Source: Nanobdellati archaeon
GTDB taxonomy: Archaea; EX4484-52; GLR71
Reading direction: 5' to 3'
NCBI GenBank assembly: GCA_019429005.1
Contig: JAHYJR010000005.1
Coordinates: 16,926-80,925, forward strand
DNA length: 64,000 nt
A model generated the notes under the pieces. The model was not told the origin of the DNA, searched no databases, and saw nothing but the letters and a program-made list of their open reading frames with translations. A program made the position numbers and the translations under genes. Within the stretch, counting starts at the first letter, position 1; each line of letters begins with the position of its first letter. Of this stretch, positions 29,941-39,982 are shown piece after piece.

Positions 29941-30088
29941 GTGATTAGAGGGTTAAGATGCTTTGGTGCAGAAACCTACAAGCTTATTTATAAGTTCTTG
30001 TTGATGCTTAAACCCTACCTAATCCAGGGTATTAAAATAGTGATTATGTGCGTTTAGCTTTAGCTTTAAGGTTATGATCTTTGTTTTC
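29941..30088 (+). ncRNA. Candidate structured RNA or glmS leader
   Basis: Long-range stem GATTAG-AGGGTT-AAG with CTT-AACCCT-CTAATC enclosing two hairpins; hand-folded only. Confidence 0.45.
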
Positions 30089-30104
30089 AAAATCCTTTAT
30101 AAAA
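30088..30104 (+). promoter_or_regulatory. Second BRE/TATA giving a possible leaderless glmS mRNA
   Basis: CAAAATCCTTTATAAAA about 25 nt before the ATG. Confidence 0.5.
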
Positions 30105-30126
30105 AATATATTAGATTGGTTATTTT

Positions 30127-31899
30127 ATGTGTGGTATTGTAGCGTACAAAGGCGATAAAGATGCATCTAAGGTTATAAGGGATGGACTCAAGACTCTGGA
30201 ATATAGAGGGTATGATTCGTGGGGTATTGCCACAACTGATGATTCTGTTATAGATGTTATAAAAAATATAGGAAAAGTCAGTGAGACTTATGATTCTAAT
30301 TTAAAAATCTCAAATAATGGCTCAAATAAGGGTATAGGTCATACTCGGTGGGCAACTCATGGTGGTGTTACTAAAGAAAATGCTCATCCACATTTATCTC
30401 AAAATGGTAAGATTGCTGTTGTACATAACGGTATAATCGAAAATTTTCAAGAACAGAGAACCTTTTTAAAAAAACAAAATTTTTCATTTTTATCTGATAC
30501 AGATACAGAAACAATACCAAATACCATCGAATATCATATGGGTCGTGGTTATGATTTTGTTGAAGCTGCAAAACGTTCATTTGAGCATATGGATGGACAA
30601 TATGCTGTAGTTGCTTTAAATCATGACGGTAAAATTGTTGCAATAAGACGTGAAGCACCACTTGTGCTTGGCATCGGGTTGAATAATGAGATTTTTATCG
30701 CGTCGGATGTGACTGCATTTCTTGAACATACTAAAAATGTGATATTTCTTGAAGAGAATGATATGGTAATTGTTGATGGTTCTTTTGAGATTTTTAATCT
30801 CTATGAAAATTGTGTTGTAGAACGTCCAATCTCAAGAATTGATTGGGATAATGAAGCAGCAAAAAAAGGCGATTTTGATCATTTTTTTATGAAAGAAATT
30901 CTAGAACAAGCAGATGTTATAAATCGTATTGCAAATATTGAACAAAGTATAATAACAGACACTGTTTTTGATATTAAAGCTGCAAAAGGTGTATATATTG
31001 TCGCTTGTGGTACTGCAGCATATGCATGTATGTCGGGTTTATATTTGTTTTCAAAATTAGCAAAGATGCACATTAATTTCTGTGTTGCATCTGAGTTTGA
31101 GCATTTCAAACATTTTCTAACTGAAGATAGTCTTATTATTGCAATATCGCAAAGTGGGGAGACTGCAGATACACTTTCAGCAATTCGTGCTGCAAAATCA
31201 AAAGGGTCAAAAGTCATATCTATAACAAATATGGTTGGTTCGTCTATTATGAGAGAATCTGATAAATCTATATTGCAGAAGGCGGGACCTGAGATCTGTG
31301 TGCTTTCAACAAAATCGTATACATCGCAGCTTGCAATAATTGCTCTTATAGTGTATGAGATGGATGGTCATTTTGATGAAGGTATTGCTAGTTTAAGAGA
31401 ACTCTCTAGATATATTTATTATCTTACATCAAAAAATTCAAGAGATTTTATTAAATCCTTATCAGAAAAGCTTAAAGATGTAGAGCATATTTACCTTCTT
31501 GGTCGAAATCTTCAGTATCCTACAGCTCTTGAAGCTGCTTTAAAGATTAAAGAAGTGTCATACATACATGCTGAAGCTTATGCTGGTGGCGAATTAAAGC
31601 ATGGTAATATTGCACTTATTAGTGAAGGAACGCCTTGTATCATATTTACATCGGATCAGACCGAAAAAGCGATTTTAAGCAATGCTATGGAAGTCAAAGC
31701 TAGAGGCGCTTTTGTGATTGGTTTAGGTCCAAAAGATAATGAAATTTTTGATTTTTTCATAAAAGTACGTGATGCCGGCGATCTTAATCCCATTGTGCAG
31801 ATAATTCCTATGCAAATACTTGCGTATCAGCTTGCACTTCTTAGGAATTGTGATCCTGATAAGCCACGAAATCTTGCAAAGAGCGTTACAGTTAAATAA
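30127..31899 (+). CDS. glmS: Glutamine-fructose-6-phosphate aminotransferase
   Basis: MCGI, LEYRGYDS, HTRWATHG, SQSGETAD, RNLAKSVT. Confidence 0.98.
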   Translation: MCGIVAYKGDKDASKVIRDGLKTLEYRGYDSWGIATTDDSVIDVIKNIGKVSETYDSNLKISNNGSNKGIGHTRWATHGGVTKENAHPHLSQNGKIAVVHNGIIENFQEQRTFLKKQNFSFLSDTDTETIPNTIEYHMGRGYDFVEAAKRSFEHMDGQYAVVALNHDGKIVAIRREAPLVLGIGLNNEIFIASDVTAFLEHTKNVIFLEENDMVIVDGSFEIFNLYENCVVERPISRIDWDNEAAKKGDFDHFFMKEILEQADVINRIANIEQSIITDTVFDIKAAKGVYIVACGTAAYACMSGLYLFSKLAKMHINFCVASEFEHFKHFLTEDSLIIAISQSGETADTLSAIRAAKSKGSKVISITNMVGSSIMRESDKSILQKAGPEICVLSTKSYTSQLAIIALIVYEMDGHFDEGIASLRELSRYIYYLTSKNSRDFIKSLSEKLKDVEHIYLLGRNLQYPTALEAALKIKEVSYIHAEAYAGGELKHGNIALISEGTPCIIFTSDQTEKAILSNAMEVKARGAFVIGLGPKDNEIFDFFIKVRDAGDLNPIVQIIPMQILAYQLALLRNCDPDKPRNLAKSVTVK

Positions 31900-31964
31900 A
31901 ATTTAAGATACTATTATAATTATTAGATTAATTTGATGAACTTTAAAATCTAAATATGTAAAAT

Positions 31965-32100
31965 TTAAATCATATGTTAAATCGTATGTTAAATCGTATG
32001 TTAAATCGTATGTTAAATCGTATGTTAAATCGTATGTTAAATCGTATGTTAAATCGTATGTTAAATCGTATGTTAAATCGTATGTTAAATCGTATGTTAA
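31965..32100. repeat. Tandem repeat TTAAATCGTATG, 10 perfect copies plus 1 variant
   Basis: Exact copies 31977-32096; variant at 31965-31976; no spacers. Confidence 0.97.
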
Positions 32101-32112
32101 AATGGTGTTAAA

Positions 32113-33471
32113 ATGTCAATATTTAAAGCTTATGATATTAGGGGTATTTATAGTAAAGATCTAGACGATCCTATTATGGAACGTATCGGTAAATCTTTAG
32201 GCGCTTTTATGGCACACAAAACGCTTGGAAATACTATTTGTCTTGGTTATGATATTCGTGAATCTAGTAAGACTCTTACAGATGCGTTTCTTAAAGGTGT
32301 AACGTCTGTAGGTATTGATGTACTTTTTGTAGGTAGAACTGCTTTAGGTTCTTCACTTTATACTGGTTATACAAAAAAGACCGCTGTTTCTGCATTTATT
32401 ACAGCATCTCATTTACCTGCAGAATGGAATGGTATTAAATTTTTTTATAGCGATGGTGTTGGTTTTAAAATTGATGAAAATGCCTTGATTGAAAAAATCT
32501 TTAATGAAAATATTTTTGAAAAATCTAATAAGATTGGAACTATAACAAAATTAGATCCCTATCCAGATTATTTTGATTATATGTCAACGACTTTTGATAT
32601 AAAGCGAAAGCTTAAAGTTGTTGTTGATTGCGGTGGCGGTAGTATGTGTTTTACAGCACCCAACATATTGAAATCAAATAATCTTGATGTTATAAAACTT
32701 TTTTGTGATGTTGATCCGCATTTTTCAAAAAGACCCAGTGAACCAAAGGAAGAAAATCTTAGTATGTTAACTAATAAAGTGTTGAGTGAAAAAGCAGATT
32801 TTGGTGTGGCTTTTGATTGTGATGGTGATCGTGCTGTAATTGTTGATAATAAAGGTCATGTTATTGGAGCTGATATTATTGCATCAATACTTGCAAAAGC
32901 TATGTTAGACCAAGGTCATAAAGGTACTGTAATTCTTAATGTTGAATGTTCTATGCTTATGGAAACTATTCTTAAGCCTCTTGGTGTCAAAATTTTAAGA
33001 ATTCCTGTTGGTCATACTTATATGTCTATTGAAGCGAAAAAGATTCCAGATGCCTTAATTTGTGTTGAGTCTTCAGGTCATTTTGTGTATCCTCGGTACT
33101 TTTTATTGGAAGATGGTTTAATGACACCTCTTAAAGTTGCTGAATTATTATCAAACGGAAATCAGAGCCTTTCAGAACGTATTTCTGAACTGCCAGTGTA
33201 TCCCAAAAAACGAATTAATTTTGTTTGTGCTGATAATATAAAATTCAAGGTTATAGAAAATCTTAAAACTAAACTAAAGGCTAAATATGAAAATATTAAT
33301 ACCTTAGATGGCGTTCGTATCGATTTTGATAATGGTTGGATTCTGTTACGTGCATCAAATACAGAACCTCAAATAAGGATTACATCTGAAGCAAAAGAAC
33401 TGAAAATACTTAAAAACAATATTGATGTGTTCTCAAAAATTCTTGAAGAAACAATTAAAAGTTGTGATTGA
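32113..33471 (+). CDS. glmM: Phosphoglucosamine mutase / PMM-PGM family
   Basis: FKAYDIRG, TASH, DCDGDR, RASNTEP; lies between glmS and glmU. Confidence 0.88.
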   Translation: MSIFKAYDIRGIYSKDLDDPIMERIGKSLGAFMAHKTLGNTICLGYDIRESSKTLTDAFLKGVTSVGIDVLFVGRTALGSSLYTGYTKKTAVSAFITASHLPAEWNGIKFFYSDGVGFKIDENALIEKIFNENIFEKSNKIGTITKLDPYPDYFDYMSTTFDIKRKLKVVVDCGGGSMCFTAPNILKSNNLDVIKLFCDVDPHFSKRPSEPKEENLSMLTNKVLSEKADFGVAFDCDGDRAVIVDNKGHVIGADIIASILAKAMLDQGHKGTVILNVECSMLMETILKPLGVKILRIPVGHTYMSIEAKKIPDALICVESSGHFVYPRYFLLEDGLMTPLKVAELLSNGNQSLSERISELPVYPKKRINFVCADNIKFKVIENLKTKLKAKYENINTLDGVRIDFDNGWILLRASNTEPQIRITSEAKELKILKNNIDVFSKILEETIKSCD

Positions 33472-33472
33472 T

Positions 33473-34804
33473 ATGCAGGCGGTAATACTTGCAGCTGGTG
33501 TGGGCAAACGGATGAGGCCTTTTAGTTATATTAGGCCTAAGCCTATGATGCCTATATTAAATAAACCCATTTTGGAACATACTTTAGAAGAGTTACAAGG
33601 GCTTGTTGATGAAGTTATAATTGTTACAAGTTATTTAGAACATAAAATCCAGGATTATTTCGGAGCGTATTTCAAAGATATTAGGATTATGTATGTGACA
33701 CAAAAAAAGTCTTTAGGTACAGCACATGCTTTGCTTTCAGCACATTCTTTAATTAAGAATCGTTTTATTGTATTAAATGGTGATGATTTATACAGCAATG
33801 CGGATTTTAAAAATATGTTGAAATATAAATATTGTGTTCTTGCAAAATCTGTTGATAATCCAGAATCTTTTGGTATTCTTACACTTTCAGGAAATAAGAT
33901 CATCCAAATTATTGAGAAACCTAAAAACCCGCAAACAAATATAGCAAATACTGGTGCGTATGTTCTTGATAAATCTATATTTAAGATTATTAGTTATCTT
34001 GATAAATCTGAGCGCGGCGAATATGAACTTACTGACGCCGTATCAAAATTATTAGATTTAGATGATGTTTATTGTATTATGGTAGAAGATTTATGGCTTT
34101 CTATAAGATACTTACATGATGTCTTATATGCTAACACCTTTAAGTTAAATAAACTTGCAGGGCTGTACAAACAATCTATTATTAGTCCCCTAGCAATCGT
34201 TGAAAATCAATCATCTTTAAACGGTTTTGTTAAAATCGGAAAAAACACAATTATTAAAAATGGCACATATATAGAGGGGCCTGTTATAATTGGTGATAAT
34301 TGTGTTATTGGTCCAACTGCATTTATACGCTCTGGAACAACTATAGGAAATAATTGTCATATTGGAAGTTTTTGTGAAGTAAAAAATAGTATTGTTATGA
34401 ATAACACAAAAATTCCTCATCTTTCATATGTTGGAGATTCTGTAATTGGGGAAAACTGCAATCTTGGTGCTGGAACAAAAACAGCTAATTTAAGGCATGA
34501 TTGTCTGCCTGTTAAGATAACTTATAATGGAGAGACTGTTGTTGCTAGTGATCTTATTAAAGTTGGTACTTTTATAGCGGATTACACAAAAACAGCAATT
34601 GACACAAAATTGAATCCTGGTGTTGTTATTGGTCCGTTTTCATGGACTTTACCAGGTTCTTATGTCTCTGGTGTAATACCTCCATTTCATCTTCATATGC
34701 GTGATTCAATAAGCACTATAAAAGAAAAACATATTGATAGTATTGTAAAAGAAGATTGCGATAAATTATTGCTTAAAAAGCTATATTCTGAAATGATTAT
34801 TTAA
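33473..34804 (+). CDS. glmU: Bifunctional sugar-1-P nucleotidylyltransferase/acetyltransferase (archaeal GlmU)
   Basis: ILAAGVGKRMRP, ERGEYELTD, hexapeptide repeats, HLSYVGDS. Confidence 0.9.
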   Translation: MQAVILAAGVGKRMRPFSYIRPKPMMPILNKPILEHTLEELQGLVDEVIIVTSYLEHKIQDYFGAYFKDIRIMYVTQKKSLGTAHALLSAHSLIKNRFIVLNGDDLYSNADFKNMLKYKYCVLAKSVDNPESFGILTLSGNKIIQIIEKPKNPQTNIANTGAYVLDKSIFKIISYLDKSERGEYELTDAVSKLLDLDDVYCIMVEDLWLSIRYLHDVLYANTFKLNKLAGLYKQSIISPLAIVENQSSLNGFVKIGKNTIIKNGTYIEGPVIIGDNCVIGPTAFIRSGTTIGNNCHIGSFCEVKNSIVMNNTKIPHLSYVGDSVIGENCNLGAGTKTANLRHDCLPVKITYNGETVVASDLIKVGTFIADYTKTAIDTKLNPGVVIGPFSWTLPGSYVSGVIPPFHLHMRDSISTIKEKHIDSIVKEDCDKLLLKKLYSEMII

Positions 34805-34959
34805 ATTGTATACTCACATGAACATATAAACAAGACATATAAAACTTCGTGTTGAAAATAATTTATTAAATTATACAAATATCTTGTAATAGTTTATAAG
34901 ATTTTTTTTGTATATTATTCTATTTAAAATATAAAATACGGTTAAGAGTGTGAATTGAT

Positions 34960-36609
34960 ATGAACAACGGATATTTTGGTCAACAGCCAATTATAGTAGT
35001 ACCAGAAGGTACATTACGTGAGCAAGGTAAAAATGCTCAGAAATCAAACATAGCTGCAGCAATAATTGTTGCTGATGCGGTACGAACAACACTTGGTCCA
35101 AAAGGTATGGATAAGATGCTTGTAGATGCTATGGGTGATATCGTCATAACAAATGATGGTGTAACAATCTTGGAAGAGATGGAAATACAGCACCCTGCAG
35201 CTAAAATGGTCGTTGAGGTTGCAAAGACACAAGATTCAGAAGTTGGAGATGGTACAACAACAGCTGCAATACTTACTGGTGAATTACTAAAAAAAGCAGA
35301 AATTCTTCTTGAGCAAAAGATACATCCTACAATAATCACACAGGGTTATAGGATGGCAAAAATAAAAGCTCTCGAATTACTTAATTCTATTGCTATGGAT
35401 GTTACAATAAAAGATAAAGATACTTTGATTAGTATTGCAAAAACATCAATGACTGGTAAATACAGCGAGATTGGTAAAGAGCATTTAGCAGATATCGCAG
35501 TTGATGCTATATTACAGGTCGCATCTAAAGAGAATGGGGAAGTTATAATCGATATGGACCAGATAAAAATAGAGAAAAAAGTTGGTGGCTCTATTGATGA
35601 TACAAAATTTATAAGTGGTCTAATTTTAGATAAGGATCGTGTACATAACGCAATGCCTACACAAGTTAAAGATGCAAAAATTTTACTTCTTAATGCTGCA
35701 ATCGAAGTTAAAGATACTGAAACTGATGCTCAGATAAGAATTACAGACCCATCTCAGCTTCAAGCATATGTAGATCAAGAAGAAACTATGCTTAAGAATA
35801 TGGTACAGAAAGTGATTGATTCTGGTGCAAATGTATTATTCTGTCAGAAAGGTATTGATGACCTTGCACAATATTATCTTTCAAAAGCAGGAATTTTTGC
35901 TGCAAGAAGACTTAAGAAAAGTGATATGGATTCACTTTCAAAAGCAACAGACGGTAATGTTTTAACAAGTCTTGATGACATAAAATCAAGTGATTTTGGT
36001 CATGCTGGTCTTGTTGAAGAGAAAAAAGTCGGTGGCGAAGCTATGATTTTTGTTGAGAAATGTAAAGATCCAAAAGCTGTATCTATTTTGATTCGTGGTG
36101 GAACTGCGCATGTCATTGATGAAATTGAAAGAGCTATGAAAGATGCACTAGGTGGTGTTTCTTCTAGTATTTCTGTTGGTAAAGTTGTAGCTGGTGGCGG
36201 TGCTTCTGAATGTGAAGTTGCAAAAGCTCTTAGAGCTTATGCAGATAAAATTGGTGGTCGTGAACAGCTTGCTATAAACGCATTTGCTGATGCTATCGAA
36301 GTAATACCAAAAACACTTTCTGAAAATGCTGGTATTGATTCAATAGATGTGCTTGTTGAATTACGGCAAAGGCACGATAAAGGTGACATATGGGCTGGTA
36401 TTGATGTATTCAAAAACAAAGTTATTGATATGCATAAAGAAGGTGTTCTTGAACCTTTGAAAATTAAGACTCAAGCAATATCTAGTGCAAGTGAAGCAAC
36501 TGAAATGATTTTAAGAATTGATGATGTAATCTCTGCAAGCCGACTTGGTGGTGGTCATGCTCCTGATATGGGTGGTATGCCTCCAGGTATGGGTGGTATG
36601 GGAATGTAA
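34960..36609 (+). CDS. ths: Thermosome (group II chaperonin) subunit
   Basis: [19 protein letters not shown] tail. Confidence 0.98.
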   Translation: MNNGYFGQQPIIVVPEGTLREQGKNAQKSNIAAAIIVADAVRTTLGPKGMDKMLVDAMGDIVITNDGVTILEEMEIQHPAAKMVVEVAKTQDSEVGDGTTTAAILTGELLKKAEILLEQKIHPTIITQGYRMAKIKALELLNSIAMDVTIKDKDTLISIAKTSMTGKYSEIGKEHLADIAVDAILQVASKENGEVIIDMDQIKIEKKVGGSIDDTKFISGLILDKDRVHNAMPTQVKDAKILLLNAAIEVKDTETDAQIRITDPSQLQAYVDQEETMLKNMVQKVIDSGANVLFCQKGIDDLAQYYLSKAGIFAARRLKKSDMDSLSKATDGNVLTSLDDIKSSDFGHAGLVEEKKVGGEAMIFVEKCKDPKAVSILIRGGTAHVIDEIERAMKDALGGVSSSISVGKVVAGGGASECEVAKALRAYADKIGGREQLAINAFADAIEVIPKTLSENAGIDSIDVLVELRQRHDKGDIWAGIDVFKNKVIDMHKEGVLEPLKIKTQAISSASEATEMILRIDDVISASRLGGGHAPDMGGMPPGMGGMGM

Positions 36610-36640
36610 AGGTTAAAACCTTTACTTTTTTAATTTTTTT
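36606..36640 (+). terminator. Hairpin plus T-tract
   Basis: GTAAAGGTT-aa-AACCTTTAC then TTTTTT. Confidence 0.6.
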
Positions 36641-36807
36641 AAATTTATATTGTCTTAATTACTCATTCTTTTTCTTAACTTTGTTATTTTTTTGATTCTT
36701 ATTTGTCAGATGGAAAACTATATATACTACAAAAAACTAACTAATATTCATAACATGTGACGGTAATTAGTTTTATTGCTGTTTTTTAATACTTAAGAGG
36801 GATTAAA

Positions 36808-37359
36808 ATGCCAAATGATGATGCAAATATATATGGTTCTGATAATGATGATTATGAAGTAGTTCCTTTGACACCAATAAGACGTCTTGAGAAAAGATTA
36901 ACTACCGTTGAATCTACTAGATCTCTTGGAAATCTTGAGCGGCTTATGGATAAAATTATTGATATGGTTGAACTTAATCAAAGAATTGTAGATGAAATGA
37001 TAAAAGCAAATACTGGTTTAAGAGATACAGTAGGTATTCTTGTAAATAAGATGGATAGTCTTAATGATAAAATTACAAATTTTGTAAATATTGTTGCTGA
37101 TGCTGGTAAAGAAGAAAGTGAAGAATCTGATTCGATTATAGCTGTGAAAGGAATTATTGAACCACTTATACAAAATATTGTTAATACTAATGAAAAGCTT
37201 ATAAAAAGTAATGAGCTTGTAACAACAAGTTTATCTACAATTGATAAACGTCTTAAGAGGTTACAACCGGGTTCGGATGTTCAACAATCTATGCCAACAG
37301 CACAACCACAAGGTTCATATCCTCAAGGATCACAAGGTAATACAGGATATACTCAATAA
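36808..37359 (+). CDS. Coiled-coil hypothetical protein heading the pilus locus
   Basis: Heptad-rich sequence, GAGGG SD, promoter GAAAACTATATATAC at 36713. Confidence 0.8.
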   Translation: MPNDDANIYGSDNDDYEVVPLTPIRRLEKRLTTVESTRSLGNLERLMDKIIDMVELNQRIVDEMIKANTGLRDTVGILVNKMDSLNDKITNFVNIVADAGKEESEESDSIIAVKGIIEPLIQNIVNTNEKLIKSNELVTTSLSTIDKRLKRLQPGSDVQQSMPTAQPQGSYPQGSQGNTGYTQ

Positions 37360-37370
37360 AATGTGATATT

Positions 37371-37586
37371 ATGAAATTAGGTACAAAAACGCTAGAATAT
37401 TTTCTTTTAGTATGTCTTGCAATAATTGTTGTTTTAAATTTCATGTTACTTACTGGTGCAATGTTATCTGGTATAGATAATACTGATTTGTTGAATATGT
37501 TTGTATTATTGATATTAGGTACACAGTTTGTGATTACTATCATATTGTTGAGAATTTATGAGCAATTATCAACAAAAAAACATTAG
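37371..37586 (+). CDS. Small 2-TM protein
   Basis: Two hydrophobic helices, GTGA SD. Confidence 0.7.
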   Translation: MKLGTKTLEYFLLVCLAIIVVLNFMLLTGAMLSGIDNTDLLNMFVLLILGTQFVITIILLRIYEQLSTKKH

Positions 37587-37650
37587 TTAACAAAAAAAGT
37601 AATTAATAAAAAAACATAATATTTCAAAAAATTATATTTGAGGGATTTAA

Positions 37651-38184
37651 ATGGAAATGAAATTTTTCGCTAAAAAACGAAAGGGTGTAACACCCATAAT
37701 TGCGATTGTACTTCTGCTTATGATGACAGTTGCAGCAGGCGGTATGGCTTGGCAGTTCATACAAAGTACAATGGAACAGCAGCAACAATCTGCTGAGAAA
37801 GAATTGACTAAAATGAGTCAGTCACAGCTTAGTGTTCTTGAAGGTAACGGTACTGTTGGTACAGGTACAATGATTTCCTTTTTTATAAAGAATCCTGGTG
37901 CTGGTTCTAGTTTGACTCTTTCAGATTCTATTGTAAAAATCAATGGTTATCTTGATAAGAGTTTAACTTCAACAGAAGGTATATTTTCAGGTAGTTGTAC
38001 TGCAGGTATAATCGCTTCAGGTTCTACATGTTATTTAAATATGGATTTAACTAATGCTGAAAATACAGTAAAGTTTCCAAATGTTGGTAATACTTTGAAT
38101 GTTGAAATTATTTCAAATACTGGACAGACTATAATATATTCCTGTACGCCTTCAAGAGTTGTTGGTGGTATTGGTTACTGTTAA
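37651..38184 (+). CDS. Type IV pilin, probable major pilin
   Basis: Class III signal KRKG|VTPIIAIVLLLMMTVAAGG; strong SD; terminator follows. Confidence 0.9.
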   Translation: MEMKFFAKKRKGVTPIIAIVLLLMMTVAAGGMAWQFIQSTMEQQQQSAEKELTKMSQSQLSVLEGNGTVGTGTMISFFIKNPGAGSSLTLSDSIVKINGYLDKSLTSTEGIFSGSCTAGIIASGSTCYLNMDLTNAENTVKFPNVGNTLNVEIISNTGQTIIYSCTPSRVVGGIGYC

Positions 38185-38193
38185 ATTTAATTT

Positions 38194-38240
38194 AAGTTAA
38201 TGTTTAAACACATTAACTTTTTTATTTTTTATTTTTTTTC
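38194..38240 (+). terminator. 10-bp hairpin plus T-tract after the pilin
   Basis: AAGTTAATGT-ttaaac-ACATTAACTT then T-runs. Confidence 0.7.
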
Positions 38241-38280
38241 TAACAACTATCTATATATACAATAAAAATCAATTATTTTT

Positions 38281-38532
38281 ATGTCAAAAGATAATAGCCC
38301 AATTGTTTCTATATCAATACTATTATTGTTATCAATGACGATATTCGCATTAAGTGCATCTTTATTATGGGTTGAAACTATTGGTACTAATCAATCCGAT
38401 TCTCTCTCAGATCTTATTATTATACAAAAAGAAAAAATAAGTAGTTTAGATCAATCACAAGATTTATCTAATATTGGTATCACAGATAATAATTTACAAG
38501 ATTCATTTATATCTGATTATAGTTATAAATAA
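38281..38532 (+). CDS. Short pilin-like protein with a degenerate cleavage site
   Basis: KDN|SPIVSISILLLLSMT resembles KG|xSPII. Confidence 0.5.
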   Translation: MSKDNSPIVSISILLLLSMTIFALSASLLWVETIGTNQSDSLSDLIIIQKEKISSLDQSQDLSNIGITDNNLQDSFISDYSYK

Positions 38533-38581
38533 TCCCCTTTTTTTATCAAAAATATATATGCTAATGTGTATAATATAATGT

Positions 38582-39508
38582 ATGAGATCTTGTATTAGTC
38601 GTAATTCTAGATATCGAAAAGCACAGACTGAAGTTATCACTATAATGATACTTACAACTATTGCTATAGCGATGGTTAGTGTAAGTTATATCTGGGGAAA
38701 ACCTCTTATACAGAAAAGCCAGACAAAGACAGATATTGAGCAAGCAAAAAATTTTATGTTTACTTTAGAGGATGCTATTCGTGATGTATCTATTTATGGA
38801 GGGCAAAAAGTTCTTAATATTGATTTAAAAGGTACTCTTAAAGTGGATGGTGCGACACAAATAGCTGATGGTTCTTATAATAATCTCAATAAGGATAATT
38901 GGATAACCTATACCATTAAAACAAAAACAGTGGGTACTAGTATTTCTGATTGGGTTCCTTTAGATGGATTGAGTCCAATACGTTCAGAACAGTTTTCTGG
39001 TACTGCTACGGATTCCGTGGTAATTAATGATACAACTTGTACTGGTGTATCAATTGATTGTATATCAAAAACCGCAAGTGTATCTGGTTGTGGTATTTAT
39101 GGTAGTGCAAATGGTCTTGAGGGAACATCTTTTACTTCAAAACCCGAATATAAACTAAGTTATGTGCATTGTGCATCAACACCTTATTTTATAACTATAT
39201 CTGGACCCGAAATACCAGTTCCAGGTATTATCGGTACAAATAAAGCTGGCGTTGTTATGACTAAAGCAAAAGGTATTGGTAGTGAATATGAAGTTAATTA
39301 TAAACTCGCATATAGAGAACTTGACGATTTAACTAGTGGAAATGGTTATCTTATTCAACTTGTTAAAGGTGGGAATACCTTTGTTGGTGAAGGGCAACAT
39401 AAAATATTTATAAAATCTGATAGGGATAAGGTTTTTGATGATATTAATATAGTTTCACAAGTAGGTGGACCTGTTACAATAATGCCCGTTGTTATATATA
39501 TAGAATAA
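38582..39508 (+). CDS. Minor pilin-like protein
   Basis: RKA|QTEVIT followed by a hydrophobic helix. Confidence 0.75.
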   Translation: MRSCISRNSRYRKAQTEVITIMILTTIAIAMVSVSYIWGKPLIQKSQTKTDIEQAKNFMFTLEDAIRDVSIYGGQKVLNIDLKGTLKVDGATQIADGSYNNLNKDNWITYTIKTKTVGTSISDWVPLDGLSPIRSEQFSGTATDSVVINDTTCTGVSIDCISKTASVSGCGIYGSANGLEGTSFTSKPEYKLSYVHCASTPYFITISGPEIPVPGIIGTNKAGVVMTKAKGIGSEYEVNYKLAYRELDDLTSGNGYLIQLVKGGNTFVGEGQHKIFIKSDRDKVFDDINIVSQVGGPVTIMPVVIYIE

Positions 39509-39544
39509 TTGTTAAAATAGTATTATAGGTGTAAAATAATTAAT

Positions 39545-39982
39545 TTGAGACCGCTATTATCTTATCGAAGAAAAGGTCAGAATATGACCTTGGAAGAGGT
39601 AATGCTTATTGCAGTTGGTGTTATGATCCTTATGGGTACCTATTCATCATTTGTGTTTATGAAAACACAAGTATCTTATAAAATACAAGAAAGTTATGGT
39701 GAAGAAGTATTGAACTATGTGATTTCAAACATATATAAGTTGATAGATCTTAACTTGACTGACGGCTATATCATGATTGAACTTCCTGATGTCATAGGTG
39801 AAGATTATTATATTATTTCAAAAGGTGTCAAAAAAAATGATATTATGTTAAAATTTAATAATGGTCGTATATTGTCTAAGAATGCAGGTATTAGTGTCTT
39901 TGGACAATCAGCAAGTACGGATAAATGGATTATGCTTAATTATTATAATAATTCAATACAATTAAAAGGGGTTAATGAGTAA
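39545..39982 (+). CDS. Minor pilin-like protein
   Basis: RRKG|QNMTLE followed by a hydrophobic helix. Confidence 0.75.
   Translation: MRPLLSYRRKGQNMTLEEVMLIAVGVMILMGTYSSFVFMKTQVSYKIQESYGEEVLNYVISNIYKLIDLNLTDGYIMIELPDVIGEDYYIISKGVKKNDIMLKFNNGRILSKNAGISVFGQSASTDKWIMLNYYNNSIQLKGVNE

Noticed and set aside
29941-30126. Canonical glmS ribozyme, 5S rRNA, SRP RNA or tRNA fragment
   Set aside because: No AGCGCC/GACGAGG core or other diagnostic motifs; kept only as an unknown structured RNA
31965-32100. CRISPR array (also considered for 48024-48140 and 7603-7647)
   Set aside because: Units are contiguous with no unique spacers and too short; no cas1/cas2 in the window
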